Both the position numbers and the translations under genes were made by a program. Shown here in pieces: positions 40,982 through 52,606 of a DNA stretch of 64,000 nucleotides. The notes beneath the pieces were generated by a model. It had not been told where the DNA came from, did not search any database, and saw only the letters and a program-made list of their open reading frames with translations. This DNA is from Macrostomum lignano. Lineage: Eukaryota. Position 1 is the first letter of the stretch; each line of letters starts with the position of its first letter. Location: positions 1 to 64,000 of the forward strand of contig NIVC01001680.1 in NCBI GenBank assembly GCA_002269645.1. The letters run 5' to 3'.

Positions 40982-42358
40982 ATGTGCGTGCGGCTCAAGA
41001 CCGGATTCACCGATTTCAAGCCGCAAAGAATTCGCAATGCGATTCGAGCCACAGTTCCCGGAGGCGCCGTCAGCTTCAACAGGATCGGATTCCACCACTT
41101 CGCCATCTTCCTGGGCTGGGCCCGGCCCAAAGGCGACGACTCGGAGCCGATCCCGCTGCTGTGCCACCTCTCCGGGGACGCCACCAGTCATCCGACATCG
41201 GTTCGACTGGAAGACTTCAGAGACATCGTGCAGAATAGCATCATCCGAGTCTATAGGTGCTACTGCAGCGCTAGCAGGAGATCCCAGGTGATACTGGAGT
41301 GCCTCTATCGAGTAGGCACCATTGGATTCAACCCAGTCACTAACAATTGCGAGCACTTTGTTCGGCAGGTGATTTGCGGCGAGAAGGTCAGCCACCAGAC
41401 AAATCTGACGCTGGCTGTGCCGCTGCTCCGCCTGCCTCGCCTCATCATCGGCAGCTCCATGGTGGGCGCGGCCGCTCTGTCTGAGTCGTTCAGCTGCGCC
41501 GGGAAATTAGAGGACAGCAGGTAAATAAGAATACTCACCCCTGCTTATGAATTGGGTGTCTCAACATTTGACTGCTGAATATTTTACTGCCACAAATTAA
41601 CAGCCGATCCTAACCATAACCTAAACACTACCCTAAACCCTAAACTAAAACCTCAACCTAATCCGTAACTTAAGCCCTAACTTAAACCCTAACCTAATCC
41701 CTAGCCTTAAACACTAACCTAAACCCTACCCTAAACCATAACCTATTAAACCATTACCTAAACCCAAACCTAAACCCTACCGTAAACCATAACCTAAACC
41801 ACAACCCTATATCGTCAAACTTCAGGCTCCCGGTTGTGCAAAAGGGGAACTAACTTGCATAATATTAAATAGCATGAACGATGCAATGAAATATTATCGG
41901 CCATAGTACGCTCGTATCACAGAAACATAATATTTCTATAGTATGTGCTACTGCTGCTGATCTGATCTATCTGTTAAACATGATAAACAATCATAAAAAT
42001 ACATGATCTTCGTTTCAGATCTCTAGGTATGCTCAACCCGGACATGGATTTGATTGAGATCACCTTGTCAAATCGTGGTCTGAATTTGACTAGCATCAAG
42101 TTAAACGCCAGCTGCACAAGAGATTTCGAAGGCTGCAGCCGCTTTTGCAAGCAGACTCTGTACAGTTGCAACACCTGCGCAGGTGCTGCAGTTTGCAAGA
42201 CGTGCCAGAAGTTCTGTCACAAGGACTGCCAGCTCACAGCGGGCAAGGTGCAGGACGGTCAGTGCCACTGCACCCACAGCAAGAGAAAAGAGGCGACTCG
42301 GTTGCACCCAAAAATGATTTCAGAAATCAAGTCTCAAAGAGAAATTAAAATGGTCTAG
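40982..42358 (+). CDS. Gene 6: LRAT/PLAAT-like domain (H, H, NNCEHF) + UBR-box-like zinc finger; 2 exons, ~292 aa
   Basis: Exon 40982-41520 (donor AG|GTAAAT, phase 2) + 42019-42358. HHFAIFLG, LCHL, TNNCEHF; CTRDFEG..YSCNTC..VCKTCQKFCHKDC..QCHC. Confidence 0.87.
41609..41809 (+). repeat. Degenerate telomere-like (CCCTAA/CCTAAA) interstitial array in the gene 6 intron
   Basis: About 200 bp of imperfect CCTAAC/CCTAAAC units. Confidence 0.75.
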
Positions 42359-43433
42359 AATGATTCATTCAGAATTACAATTGGCTAATGTTTTTAGGCA
42401 GCAATGTTTTTTACAAAAAATTGGCTGTTACAGTATTGGTTGGTGCTTTTGCAGTTTTTGTCGAGAAGAGAGATTAAATATTCAACATGCTTTGGTCAGT
42501 GAGCATGAAAGCACCGTCAAGAGCTACTTAAATATAGCTCTTATAGATTTTTTGTGTTCCACATGGACTGCTTTCTCTGTATTGATTCTCCATTGCTTCG
42601 TTCATAGTTACATTACATTTACATTTGAATAGCAATCGAGAATAAACCCTATTATTCAGTAGATTCATATCAGACAAGTTGAGACTTTCACGCGTTCTAA
42701 ACAATGGAAAGATAGTGCTGCACAGCTTGAGGGTGCAATAATGCCTCTCAGTACTAGACCACGAGTGCCTATGGATAAAGTTGTCCACTCGTGGTCTAAG
42801 CATTATTGCACTCTCAAGACGTGCATCTGTCACATTGCGACTGGCAACATAGCCAAGTGAGGAGAAGACGTCAAATTTACCATAGACAAAGATCTAGCAA
42901 GTACTTTTATTTAAAGTCTATGGTGAAAACCATGATTAACTGCATTCACTTGTTGTCTATACTAGCCTATCACCAATGAAGACAGCCAAAGTAATTTGAA
43001 ATTTGATTTGATTGGACGATTAAGAGACTGGAGTGCAGAGCGATTTGATTGGTCTCGTGGGCAGAGAGTATGATGTACCGGTACATTGATTACGCGTGAC
43101 GAGGAACAGTTGAATTGACAATCAGATAAGATTTTCATTTTTAGTATATGGATAATAGGCGAGTCTATACTCATAAATGTTTAATTAGCCGTTTTGACTC
43201 ATCACTGTGTCTGGATAAAAAGGTTCTTTATAATGTCTACAATAGTATATGTTGATACTACACTATTAATATAATAACACCGGTAAAGTAATCTTAAAAA
43301 GTCAACAATAAACAAATAAGTAAATTAGTATTGTTTAATAATATTACTACTAACCATTGCAATAAACTGACTACAGTGACTAGTATATAATTAAAATCAA
43401 TTCTGATGCGACTGATTGGTTATCATTCCTTTA

Positions 43434-43687
43434 TTTCATTTCCTGTAGTCCTGTGTAGCCCAATCATTTCCTGTAGTCCTGTGTAGCCCAATCATTTCCT
43501 GTAGTCCTGTGTAGCCCAATCATTTCCTGTAGTCCTGTGTAGCCCAATCATTTCCTGTAGTCCTGTGTAGCCCAATCATTTCCTGTAGTCCTGTGTAGCC
43601 CAATCATTTCCTGTAGTCCTGTGTAACCCAATCATTTCCTGTAGTCCTGTGTAGCCCAATCATTTCCTGTAGTCCTGTGTAGCCCAA
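43434..43687 (+). repeat. 28-bp minisatellite (CATTTCCTGTAGTCCTGTGTAGCCCAAT), ~9 copies
   Basis: Direct tandem array with period 28. Confidence 0.95.
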
Positions 43688-44260
43688 TACTAAACAAAAT
43701 TTATTTTTTGAATCCGATGTTTTTGAGTACAGTACATTTGACAACCATATTAACATTTTTAAGTGTAATTAACGACAAAATATTTTGGAGAGAAAGTATA
43801 AAAATTATGTATCTAGTTACATATTAGCAATGCATCACATGTAGCCAACGCAATTTCATAGTCAAATAGGTTTGAATTGAATAGCAGGTCTTGACGTCTT
43901 CATGCGATTCTGCGTCAAAGTTTCTTCTCCTTCTTCTCGATATTTTTAGCGGCATGAGCCCGTGCGGCCTGTGGTGAATGTAAACACTGCTTGCCAAGCC
44001 CTGTGTCCAGCGCAGTACGTGTTCGAGCAAAGAACAACTAGATCAAAACGATATTAAACCTCGTGGCCAGTCTGCATATGCTTGACAAAGCTTGTAAGCT
44101 CGATTCTCTAGCCAAAAAAATGTAGATAAATATGAATAAAGCAACATTGCAAAGCTGAAACGTAATTACTTAGGTAAAGCTGGAAGAAAGCTCGATTCTG
44201 TGGCAGATTTGATTCAAAATTGAATTTTTTGGTATAGTTAGACCGGCCGGATTCGAACCA

Positions 44261-45614
44261 ATGTGCGTTGGATTTCTGAACGGCTACAAAGACTTCAAGC
44301 CGAAGCTATTCAACGAGGCGATCGCCGCTGCAGTTCCCGGGTCCGCGGTCAGCTTTAACAGGATCGGCTTCTTTCATTTTGCCATCTTCCTGGGCTGGGC
44401 CTGGCCCAAGGGCGGCGACTCGGAGCCCATCCCGCTGCTGTGCCACCTTTCCGGAGACGCCAGCACGAAGCCGATGGCATCGGTTCGACTCGACGACTTC
44501 AGAGACATCGTCCAGAGCTGTACCATCCGAGTGTACAACTGCAAATGCAGCGCGAAAAAGAGATCCGAGGTGATACTGGAGTGTCTCTATCGAGTTGGCA
44601 AGATCGGTTACAACCCGCTGACCAACAACTGCGAGCACTTCGTCCGGGGAGTGATCTGCGGCGAGCGCGTCAGCTACCAGACCCGCTGGATTCTGGCTGC
44701 CCCGATAGTGCAAGTGCCGCGCATCGTCGTCAGCACTGCGTTTCTGGGGGCCGCCACCTCCGCTGCTTCGTCCAGCTGCATATCGAAACTCGAGACTAAA
44801 AGGTGAGGGATCAAGGTTCTTTTACAGAATCACCACTAAATTTTTACTCTTCAATGGATTGCCTTTTATCAATCTCAAAATTGAAACTGAACTTCACAAA
44901 GTTCGAAATTTTACATCGTCAACTTTTTTCAAGTTGTGAACTAGCGGAAGTGGCTGGAGTAGTGATTTCGAGATTGCGAAAGATTCTGCTTTTATGAGAC
45001 GATGTGCAATCCACAAAAGTCATGGAGTTCAAATCATGGGGACCAAATAATGTCAGCTAAAGTATGCAGCTCTATCTTGGACTTGATGACATTTGGATTC
45101 CAAACCCAAGTAGGTCACATGTTCGGAAGTGATAAGATCGCTGAATATTTGAGTGTATTCGCCAGCTGTTATAATGTGCTTGTTAAGTGCGAGTTAGATC
45201 AGTACGTTTACATGAAAACCATTGCTATTCCGCACGAATATCTCATCAAGAAAGCAACTTGCAATCTTCATCAGGTCCCTAGGTCTTCTAAATCCAGAGA
45301 TGGACCTGGTTGAAATCCTCGTATCAAACAAGGGCCTGAATTTGAAAGGCATCAGACTGAATGCCAGCTGCACAAAGGACTTTGATGGCTCCAGTCGATT
45401 TCCGATGCAGACGCTTTACAACTGTGAGTTCTGCAACGGCAGCAACTCAATCGCTGTGTGCAAGCCCTGCTCGAAACTCTGCCATCCAACTTGTGGATCG
45501 CTAGAAGGCTCTGTGGCTCAAGGTTCGTGTCGTTGCAGCCACCAGCCCATCGCAAAAGCGGCAACACAAACGACTCCGCAGACTTTGAAGAGTTCAGGCA
45601 CTTACACCCCATAA
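44261..45614 (+). CDS. Gene 7: LRAT/PLAAT-like domain (H, H, NNCEHF) + UBR-box-like zinc finger; 2 exons, ~293 aa
   Basis: Exon 44261-44802 (donor AG|GTGAGG, phase 2) + 45275-45614. Close paralogue of gene 6. FHFAIFLG, YNPLTNNCEHF; CTKDFDG..YNCEFC..VCKPCSKLCHPTC..SCRC. Confidence 0.87.
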
Positions 45615-47448
45615 TATGCATGGGGACTGTAGTTTTAGCCAATAACAGTTCATTTGTTTGAGGTCAACTTAAGAGCAGAAGTGTGCAATTGTAAAGAGAA
45701 CATTCAGTAAGACCCGTTGCGTTTTATGCGTGTGAATACATCTTTTTAAAATCAATTCTGTTATTATTATAGTATATACTATAGTAATACGATTCTCAAT
45801 CTGTTTTATAGTGTAATTATTGTACAAAAGTTTCTTGTAAAGCGTTTTTCAGCGTCGAAAAAATGAACTAGGAGTACAATCTCTCTCTTAGTGTTGCCAC
45901 GCGACTTGTACACTCTACCTTATGTAGCTTTGTAACGCTTTTCAATATAAAAGCGCAAAAATATAAAGTACAAGCCTTACAATTTTAACATTACTTAAAA
46001 TTCACATTGCAAGTAACGAAAATCACTTTTTGCGCGAATCAAGTGCAATGGGTGTTACAATATTGGGCCATACATGTGTGTATCAGTCAAGTTGAAACTG
46101 CAGTCTTATTCATTGCTCAACGGCTCCATCGCTTTATTTCTTTTGCCGAATAAAGTTTAAACAATCTTTTGATATTTTGGAATCTTAGGCGACTATGGAT
46201 CTGCCCGGCATACGAAACGAACTTTTTTCTACGGAGTTAAATGATTTTAACAAAAAATAATTTAAACGCGTTAAAGAATCATATGATAACAAGCTAAAAT
46301 AAAAAATCTAACAAAATTGCACGAAGAAGCACGAATAGTGTCTTACTTAATGTGATTATGATAGGAACAAGTAACATGTACATGTAAGAATCCCAGCTCC
46401 CACTAAACTGAAAAGTTTAGCGTCTATTTTAAATTCATAAGCCTGACGTGCAATGTCACCCTTCTTTCTGGTAATAACAAAAAAAGATTCAAAGTTTTTA
46501 GTCAACTGTTTAAAGAGGTCATGATAACCATGACCCCAAGAATACGTCACTTTTGAAGAACCAAGCTTCAAATGGATGCTTCTATTATAGTCTTTCGTTT
46601 ACACAATCAGAAAAATTCAGTAGAAATACATTTTAGAAACTTGCTTTCAAAGCATGTATTTCCTCTGTTTGTGAATATTTTTCGTGAATCATTATTGATT
46701 GTGTGCACCGCAGTAATAACTCGAAAAGCTTTGTTTTTAAGCTTTCATTAATAATTACGTAGCTACAGTATGCATTAAAGAGAAATTCATCGGACTTGTT
46801 GGGCCTCAGCGCATTGAGATATCAATCACTTACGAGTAATACTAATATCTCCCACTCCTACTTTTAAATCAGCTAATCCCAGAGATTAGGATAATCCGCC
46901 GCCACCAACCCTTGCGAGCTGGCTCACTAAATCAGCTCTCTCGAAATCGGGTTTGCGACTAGAAGTGGCTCTGAACAAAACTGTAAATCAGTGTTTTTTT
47001 AGCTGTCAATCTCGAAGTAGCTCGTAAAAGCCGATATAAGAGTAGTAAGCGTTTTTTACGCCCATAGCTCGTTTTTACATGGCGAAATCAATAGGAAGTT
47101 CCAAGCACTAGTTCAATGGGGATACACGCATAGCCTGTTTTTGCATAGCAAAACCAATAGGAAGTCCCAGCCACTAGACGATGAATTTCTATCCTACCCA
47201 GGCGCGTTACCAAATCTCGTCCCCGTCATGTTCTTTCTAGCCACACTCTTTCTTCTACATACGTAGTCGTTCAATGCTGCGACCGTCTGTGTCACAGCCA
47301 AATAAAAAAGGCACATACACACGCATCGCTCTATTGCCACAATGCTTTTGTGGATCAGTTCGTTTGTAGATGAAAGCTTTTATATTTTTTTGTCCGGATA
47401 AAAAACTATCAGGTCAAGCTTGCATTAAAACAGTGAAACGCTAGCTTT

Positions 47449-48042
47449 TTACCGGCGGCGCAGTAGGGGTTGAAGAACATGCTTGAGAAAAAGGCTCAGA
47501 GAGGAAAACGCGCGCGAGAAAGGGCTGTTGCGAGCCCGACCATGTTGTCGCATCACCCAGTGGATGAACGAATTTAGATCCTTTCCACTAGCAAGTTTAA
47601 AAAACAGATAGAACAGAATCCAGGCTCCACAGTGGGCGGTACGGGGATCCTGCACCGCATAGCGCGTGTAACGCCAGTTTTTTGGATCTCCACAATTTCG
47701 GCTCATCCACTGGGAGATTTCAGGCAGCGGGTGCAAACCTAGCGGATCAAAGTATTCACCTATCCTAGCTCGTCTAACAGCGCCAATAGGGCCTGCACAG
47801 ACCCAGGCAGCAACCCAGTGTTTTCCGGGCAAATTGCTAGGGTCCGTGTTTACGATGAAAAAATAGTTACGCGTGTCTTGAAAGTACGGACTCGTGTTTA
47901 GAGTAGGGATCGTTGGTAGAGAATTGCTTGGGTAAACTCCCATAAAAACTGCATCAGGATAAATACGCAATAGTTTTAGGCATACCGAGCGCAAAAACAC
48001 ATTAGTTACGCCAGATAGGATAGTAGTGTTATCTACTTCCAT
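47449..48042 (-). CDS. Adenain-like (C5) maturation cysteine protease
   Basis: IVNTDPSNLPGKHWVA, EYFDPLG, VQDPRTAHCGAWILFYL: His/Asp/Gln/Cys catalytic motifs. Confidence 0.92.
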   Translation of the reverse strand: MEVDNTTILSGVTNVFLRSVCLKLLRIYPDAVFMGVYPSNSLPTIPTLNTSPYFQDTRNYFFIVNTDPSNLPGKHWVAAWVCAGPIGAVRRARIGEYFDPLGLHPLPEISQWMSRNCGDPKNWRYTRYAVQDPRTAHCGAWILFYLFFKLASGKDLNSFIHWVMRQHGRARNSPFSRAFSSLSLFLKHVLQPLLRRR

Positions 48043-49364
48043 ACAGATCCAGGTACCACGTCGCGGAACTCCGTCAAATGCAGCTGCTTGTCGAATAGTC
48101 CGCCCACGATGACGTTGTAGACTTTGTCCGTGGCAGTCGCGAAGCGTAGTTCCAATCGTACATTGCCCTCTTTATATACCTGTGCGCCAGCTCCGACACC
48201 CACCTCACTACCCAGTCCGAAGGCGTAGATAGTGTAGCCGGTTTTGTACTCTGCCATCGTGAACCCCAAGTCGCGGTTACGCAGATGCAACCCCAGCTGC
48301 TGCAAAAACCACCCGTACTCCAAAACGCAGTCCCCACTATCGCTGTAGTCGGTTTCGAGGGGTCTTGTTGGCACCGGCTCCCCATTGACAAACACCCCCA
48401 AACTGCTCAGGTTGGCATGTTCGAATCTAAACGGGTTTGTGTCCACACTTCCATTGAACGCTTTGTTGCTCACAAAGGCCAGAAGTAGAAGTTTCGGAAC
48501 GCCGCTTGGGAAGAGATTCTCACGCGTGTAGCTAGACGTACCACTCGTAACAGTAAACGTGCTCATCTGTAGCTGATTTATTGGATAGATGGCATTGTGC
48601 TGTTTCAACCCCGCAGCGTGCGCAGCGAGTACACTCGGCGAGGGGGATACGTAGCGTACACGGAGCTCGGCCTTTAGCACCTCTATCTCGTAGCTCTTTA
48701 GCGGGTTTTCACCTATCGCACCGACCATGAGGGCGAAGGCAGCGGAAGACGGAATCAATTTTATTCGTACAGGAGTTTTAGACAACAGAAACCGCGGCTG
48801 GCGGCACATGTCCAAGAACAAGGGCCCCGATAAGCGGCACTCTCGACCCCCTGCTATCAATGCGCGTCGGCGTTTAGCGCCAACGTTCGCGTCGCCGGCT
48901 GAATGCATTTGTCCAGCTGTGTCTTTGTAGAAACCCCAGGGCGTTAGACCACAGGTTTGAGCATCCGATCCATATTCTAAAAGCGTCAGTAGCATGGCTT
49001 TGTAGGGGTACATGAAGGTTCCGCCTTCGACTACAGTGTCTCCAATAGTTAGTTGTACATCGCGGAACAGGCTCGCGATAGGCAAATTAGTCAGCGCTAC
49101 GTTGTTCTTCGTCGCATCAGCGGCTACTCCGTCCGAGTCTCGTACACGTATGGCCAGATTTAGAATCGTCTCTTGTAGATCCAGGTAGAGTGCATCCCCT
49201 GCGGAGACGACTTCGAACTCGATTGGGGCACCTTTTGAGAGTCCGTGTTGCGGCTGAATGTGGGTATACTGGCTGTCCACTACACTGTACTGTACAGCGG
49301 CTGCATCAAAAAGGGCCAATTCGCTTTTTAGTACTACACTGTCAGGGCCAAGCAACTGGTTCAT
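48033..49364 (-). CDS. Major capsid protein (double jelly-roll, hexon-like)
   Basis: KSELALFD..QYSV..PIEFEV..YLDLQET, NPFRFEH, GNVRLELRF are typical Polinton MCP motifs; 443 aa. Confidence 0.9.
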   Translation of the reverse strand: MNQLLGPDSVVLKSELALFDAAAVQYSVVDSQYTHIQPQHGLSKGAPIEFEVVSAGDALYLDLQETILNLAIRVRDSDGVAADATKNNVALTNLPIASLFRDVQLTIGDTVVEGGTFMYPYKAMLLTLLEYGSDAQTCGLTPWGFYKDTAGQMHSAGDANVGAKRRRALIAGGRECRLSGPLFLDMCRQPRFLLSKTPVRIKLIPSSAAFALMVGAIGENPLKSYEIEVLKAELRVRYVSPSPSVLAAHAAGLKQHNAIYPINQLQMSTFTVTSGTSSYTRENLFPSGVPKLLLLAFVSNKAFNGSVDTNPFRFEHANLSSLGVFVNGEPVPTRPLETDYSDSGDCVLEYGWFLQQLGLHLRNRDLGFTMAEYKTGYTIYAFGLGSEVGVGAGAQVYKEGNVRLELRFATATDKVYNVIVGGLFDKQLHLTEFRDVVPGSVWK

Positions 49365-49825
49365 TTTCGGTTTTCAAGGAGACTAAACAGCGATTTAGCA
49401 GCAACGGCCTTGCGATTCCGCTTTTTCTTCACCCTTCGTCGCTTCTTCTTGGTTAGACCCTTTCCTCGCTGGGTTTTTGCCGGTTTTCCACGAGTGCGAG
49501 CTTTCTTACCCCGTTTGCTTATAGTTTTCCGGGGACGTTTTCTTCGGCTGCGTTTTGTGGGAACAGCTGCGCTCGACATCTTGTAACCGCCTCCCGTGTA
49601 CTTTCGTTTGCGATTACCGTTTGTTGTCTCGTTGCTAGTGCCTGATAGGTATTCCAAGCCCCGTGCCAAAAGATCCTTTCCCGCACTCCGCATAACCGGG
49701 ATCAACACTCGATTAGAGAGGTTGGAAAGGAATCCATAGCCTTCGTAGATCGGAATCGCTCGGGCGGAGGATCCTCCCCCGCTTTGAGTGGGTCCAGAAT
49801 AGAATCGGTATATTGGATCCATCAA
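49361..49825 (-). CDS. Basic core protein (pVII-like) with protease-cleavage-type Gly motifs
   Basis: QSGGG, EGYGFLS and a long Lys/Arg-rich C-terminus; lies immediately upstream of the MCP gene. Confidence 0.7.
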   Translation of the reverse strand: MMDPIYRFYSGPTQSGGGSSARAIPIYEGYGFLSNLSNRVLIPVMRSAGKDLLARGLEYLSGTSNETTNGNRKRKYTGGGYKMSSAAVPTKRSRRKRPRKTISKRGKKARTRGKPAKTQRGKGLTKKKRRRVKKKRNRKAVAAKSLFSLLENRK

Positions 49826-49859
49826 ATTTTTAATTGTTATTATGTTCCCATTTCACAGT

Positions 49860-51098
49860 TTACTTATAAACGCGCCGAAAAAGCCGTCGAGTTCGCTCAT
49901 CCAACTCGCCTTCTTTCAACCACTGATTCCTAAAGGCCTCAACTCCTTGCCATTTCACTAAATACCGCCACTGACCGTCTGAGTCTTTTTCGTAAGCGTC
50001 TACACGCTCGATGACTGACGGCTCCGTACTTTCTTTTGCTACACGCTGTAGTTCTCCCTCATTGAAGTAACCCTCTAGTGTGCTATTTCCGTCTTCCGGA
50101 TTCTCTAGTTTATACGACGCTGCTCGGCGAGGATTCGTAGCACGGATCCGAAACACGGTGTTGCTCCACACTGTCGAATAGCCCTTCTCGAAGGCACCCC
50201 GCTGTCGTGCGATTCTTACCCAGTCCCCTACCTTTAGTGTTGATAGAGGCTGCTGCGAGGCTTCATGCTCTATAATCTCAGACCCGATGATTCCTTGTAG
50301 ACGCGGATCCACCGCCGTGTTGTGAGGACTCTGACCAAACAGCGCCCGGTGAGGGCTTGAGTTCAAATTTCGTTCCATTTGGGGTAGAATGTCATACCAG
50401 CGTTCTAGGTTTCGAGCCCGAAAATAACGGCTGAGCCGCTCTTTCAGAGTACGGATTAACCTTTCAGCGATCGCAGCCTTGTAATTGCTTTGGCTAACAA
50501 AAAAGCGTACACCCGCCCGTTTTAGTACAGCTTGAGTTTCACGCCCTAGGAACTCCTTTCCCGCGTTACCCTGAAGATAGAGAGGTCGGAAGCCTTCACG
50601 AAACAGATTTTCAAGTGCGGCGCCCACCTCTTTAGCAGTTTTTGTTCGTAGAGGTCGCAGACGTACTTCGCGAGTGAAACAATCGATCAAAACGAGGATG
50701 TAGCGGTATCCCTTGTTTTCTGACTTGTATTGAGGGAGATCAGCCAGGTCGATTTGGAATTGAAAACCAGGGATATGTGGTACACCAATTCTGCGGGTTT
50801 TGAATATTCGTTTAGTTTTGCGAAACAGGTTATATTCTTTGGTATCCCGGGCCCATTCGTCAACGATTTCTGCCGCTCGTTTTGATGCTAGTGACGGAAA
50901 CTGGGTTTTAACATGTCTTAATAGCTGTTGCTTACTTCCCGCAAAAGCAGTAGGGCGGTCCAAATCGTAAAATTGTCTGTCTAAGAAGTTCTTGACGTCT
51001 AGCGAGTTGTTCTTTCTAGTCCGTTCTTTTGCGTTTTCGGACAGCTGCCGGCTCTGGTGTTTCGCTTTTCGCATCTGAGGTCTCTTTTTCGCTGCCAT
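49860..51098 (-). CDS. Retroviral-like (rve) integrase with C-terminal chromodomain-like region; second catalytic Asp replaced by Asn
   Basis: FQIDLADL, YILVLIDCFTR, LQGNAGKEF (normally QxDxGKEF), AAIAERLIRTLK; C-terminal VIERV..YLVKWQG..NQWL. Confidence 0.92.
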   Translation of the reverse strand: MAAKKRPQMRKAKHQSRQLSENAKERTRKNNSLDVKNFLDRQFYDLDRPTAFAGSKQQLLRHVKTQFPSLASKRAAEIVDEWARDTKEYNLFRKTKRIFKTRRIGVPHIPGFQFQIDLADLPQYKSENKGYRYILVLIDCFTREVRLRPLRTKTAKEVGAALENLFREGFRPLYLQGNAGKEFLGRETQAVLKRAGVRFFVSQSNYKAAIAERLIRTLKERLSRYFRARNLERWYDILPQMERNLNSSPHRALFGQSPHNTAVDPRLQGIIGSEIIEHEASQQPLSTLKVGDWVRIARQRGAFEKGYSTVWSNTVFRIRATNPRRAASYKLENPEDGNSTLEGYFNEGELQRVAKESTEPSVIERVDAYEKDSDGQWRYLVKWQGVEAFRNQWLKEGELDERTRRLFRRVYK

Positions 51099-51315
51099 CG
51101 GTTTTTGTATCGGTGATTCCTCCCGCACCGCTGCTCTGTGGCAAGTTATCAGTTGATGCAGAGCGCGTCACCGTCATGCAGCACCTAATGTTCTGTATGG
51201 TGATATCGCCCGCGTCGGGAGTGTCCTCGTTATGGTGGAGTGCCCCGCCTAAGCAGCCTTGCAAAAGTCTCACAACCAAATGAAAAACAAAGCGTAAAAT
51301 TTCGCGTAGTTCCAT
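51016..51315 (-). CDS. Small hypothetical protein, 99 aa
   Basis: ATG ORF with a TATAAG 48 nt upstream, like neighbouring genes; no recognisable domain. Confidence 0.5.
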   Translation of the reverse strand: MELREILRFVFHLVVRLLQGCLGGALHHNEDTPDAGDITIQNIRCCMTVTRSASTDNLPQSSGAGGITDTKTDGSEKETSDAKSETPEPAAVRKRKRTD

Positions 51316-51393
51316 TATCAGAGTGTGTTGATACTCAATCCGCGATGCGTCCGACCAGTTAGCTTATAGCTGCTACAATATTTAACTACAAAC

Positions 51394-52099
51394 TTAGCTT
51401 GTCAATGTCTCGTAATTTTCTAGGAAATCCATTTCTTCGTCCCGTGTTTCTTTGTCCTCGGTAAAGGCGGGTGGTAGCTCTTTCTCTGCTGCAGCTGACA
51501 ATTCCGTTCGAAATTGTTTTCCGACAAGCTGAGGATCCGCTTTTCGTTGACGCAGGTAACTTAAAAAGTTTTCCAACCCGCCTGGCAGGCGCCCCCATGC
51601 CTCTTCAGGGGTTTGTCGCGAACTACGTAGTCCATCAGATCGCGCATCTCCGTTTCGGTTAGTTCGGTGCCGTTTGCCGCCAGATTTGCTTTCTCATTTT
51701 CGATGAAAGTTTTAAGACGTCGCCAACGTGCCTGAAGTGCTTTTGGAATGCGTGTTGTTTCGCTCTCTTCCTCCGCGCTATTGACTAACGGCTCTTCACT
51801 CGCTTGAGGGTTATCATCTGGCTTCAAAAACTTCTCGCGTGTTTGTAGGAGCTTGCTTTCCATTCTGTTTCTTGCCAGACGAGCAGGCGAATTGGGGTAG
51901 ATTGATCCGTAGCAATAATCTCGTCTAACCCATCGATTTTCTGTTTCATCCGCACGAGTTCTTGTCCCATCGTGTCATTTGGCATCTCCAAAACCTTTGC
52001 TCGTTCGTCAGCGCACTTGTTTTGCGCGACCAGCTGCGAATATTCTGAGATGGGAATAACAACCATCTTTTGCAGTGCCTCGTGTGAGCGAGTTCCCAT
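51394..52099 (-). CDS. Conserved-type Polinton uncharacterised protein, ~235 aa, with two apparent 1-nt deletions
   Basis: KMVVIP N-terminus and GWKTF[fs]LSYL..LVG C-terminus resemble a recurrent Polinton ORF; frame shifts near 51900 and 51565. Confidence 0.55.
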
Positions 52100-52103
52100 A
52101 TTT

Positions 52104-52555
52104 TCAGTTTCGTTTGTTCTGTATGCTGCGCACGAGACTAGCAGTACCCGCAGCTGTACCTGCAATGCCGGAGGTGATTCCAAGAGCCGTGGTGATGGAT
52201 GGTAATGCTGCCGTTACTGCGGCCACAATCGCGCGAGGAAAGGCAGAAAACCTCCGTGTTGTACAATGATTCTTTTTTTCTCAGTCAGAGAATGACCACC
52301 CGAAATGAGCTTCTGAATAGGTCGACAATGTTTTTCTAATTTTTTCCGGTCCGCGTGGCGGAGTGGCACTCGCTGCCGCACGATATTGATCAAGAACTCG
52401 ACTATACAACGCACTTCTGCTAGACTGAGAGTCTTAAGGAAATCTCGTCTGGTTTTTCTATCACGCAGTCGAGCAACAATGTGCAGAATTTCCGCGCAGT
52501 TTGTGATCGAAGATGCACTCTTTCTCGCTTTTTGCGTTAATCGTCGTGCGGCCAT
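52104..52555 (-). CDS. Membrane-active virion protein (pVI-like; QHGGFLP motif), one apparent 1-nt deletion near 52230
   Basis: ..IIVQHGGFLPFLA[fs]AIVAAVTAALPSITTALGITSGIAGTAAGTASLV..: cleavage motif followed by an amphipathic Ala/Gly-rich helix. Confidence 0.7.
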
Positions 52556-52606
52556 ATCCTAATCTCCTCACTCTATATTTAATGATGTGCTTGTTTGCTT
52601 ATAAAT

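Noticed and set aside
47041-47050. AGTAGT as an alternative Polinton terminus
   Set aside because: Cannot be distinguished from 46835 without the right TIR; upstream sequence from 46835 also looks element-like.
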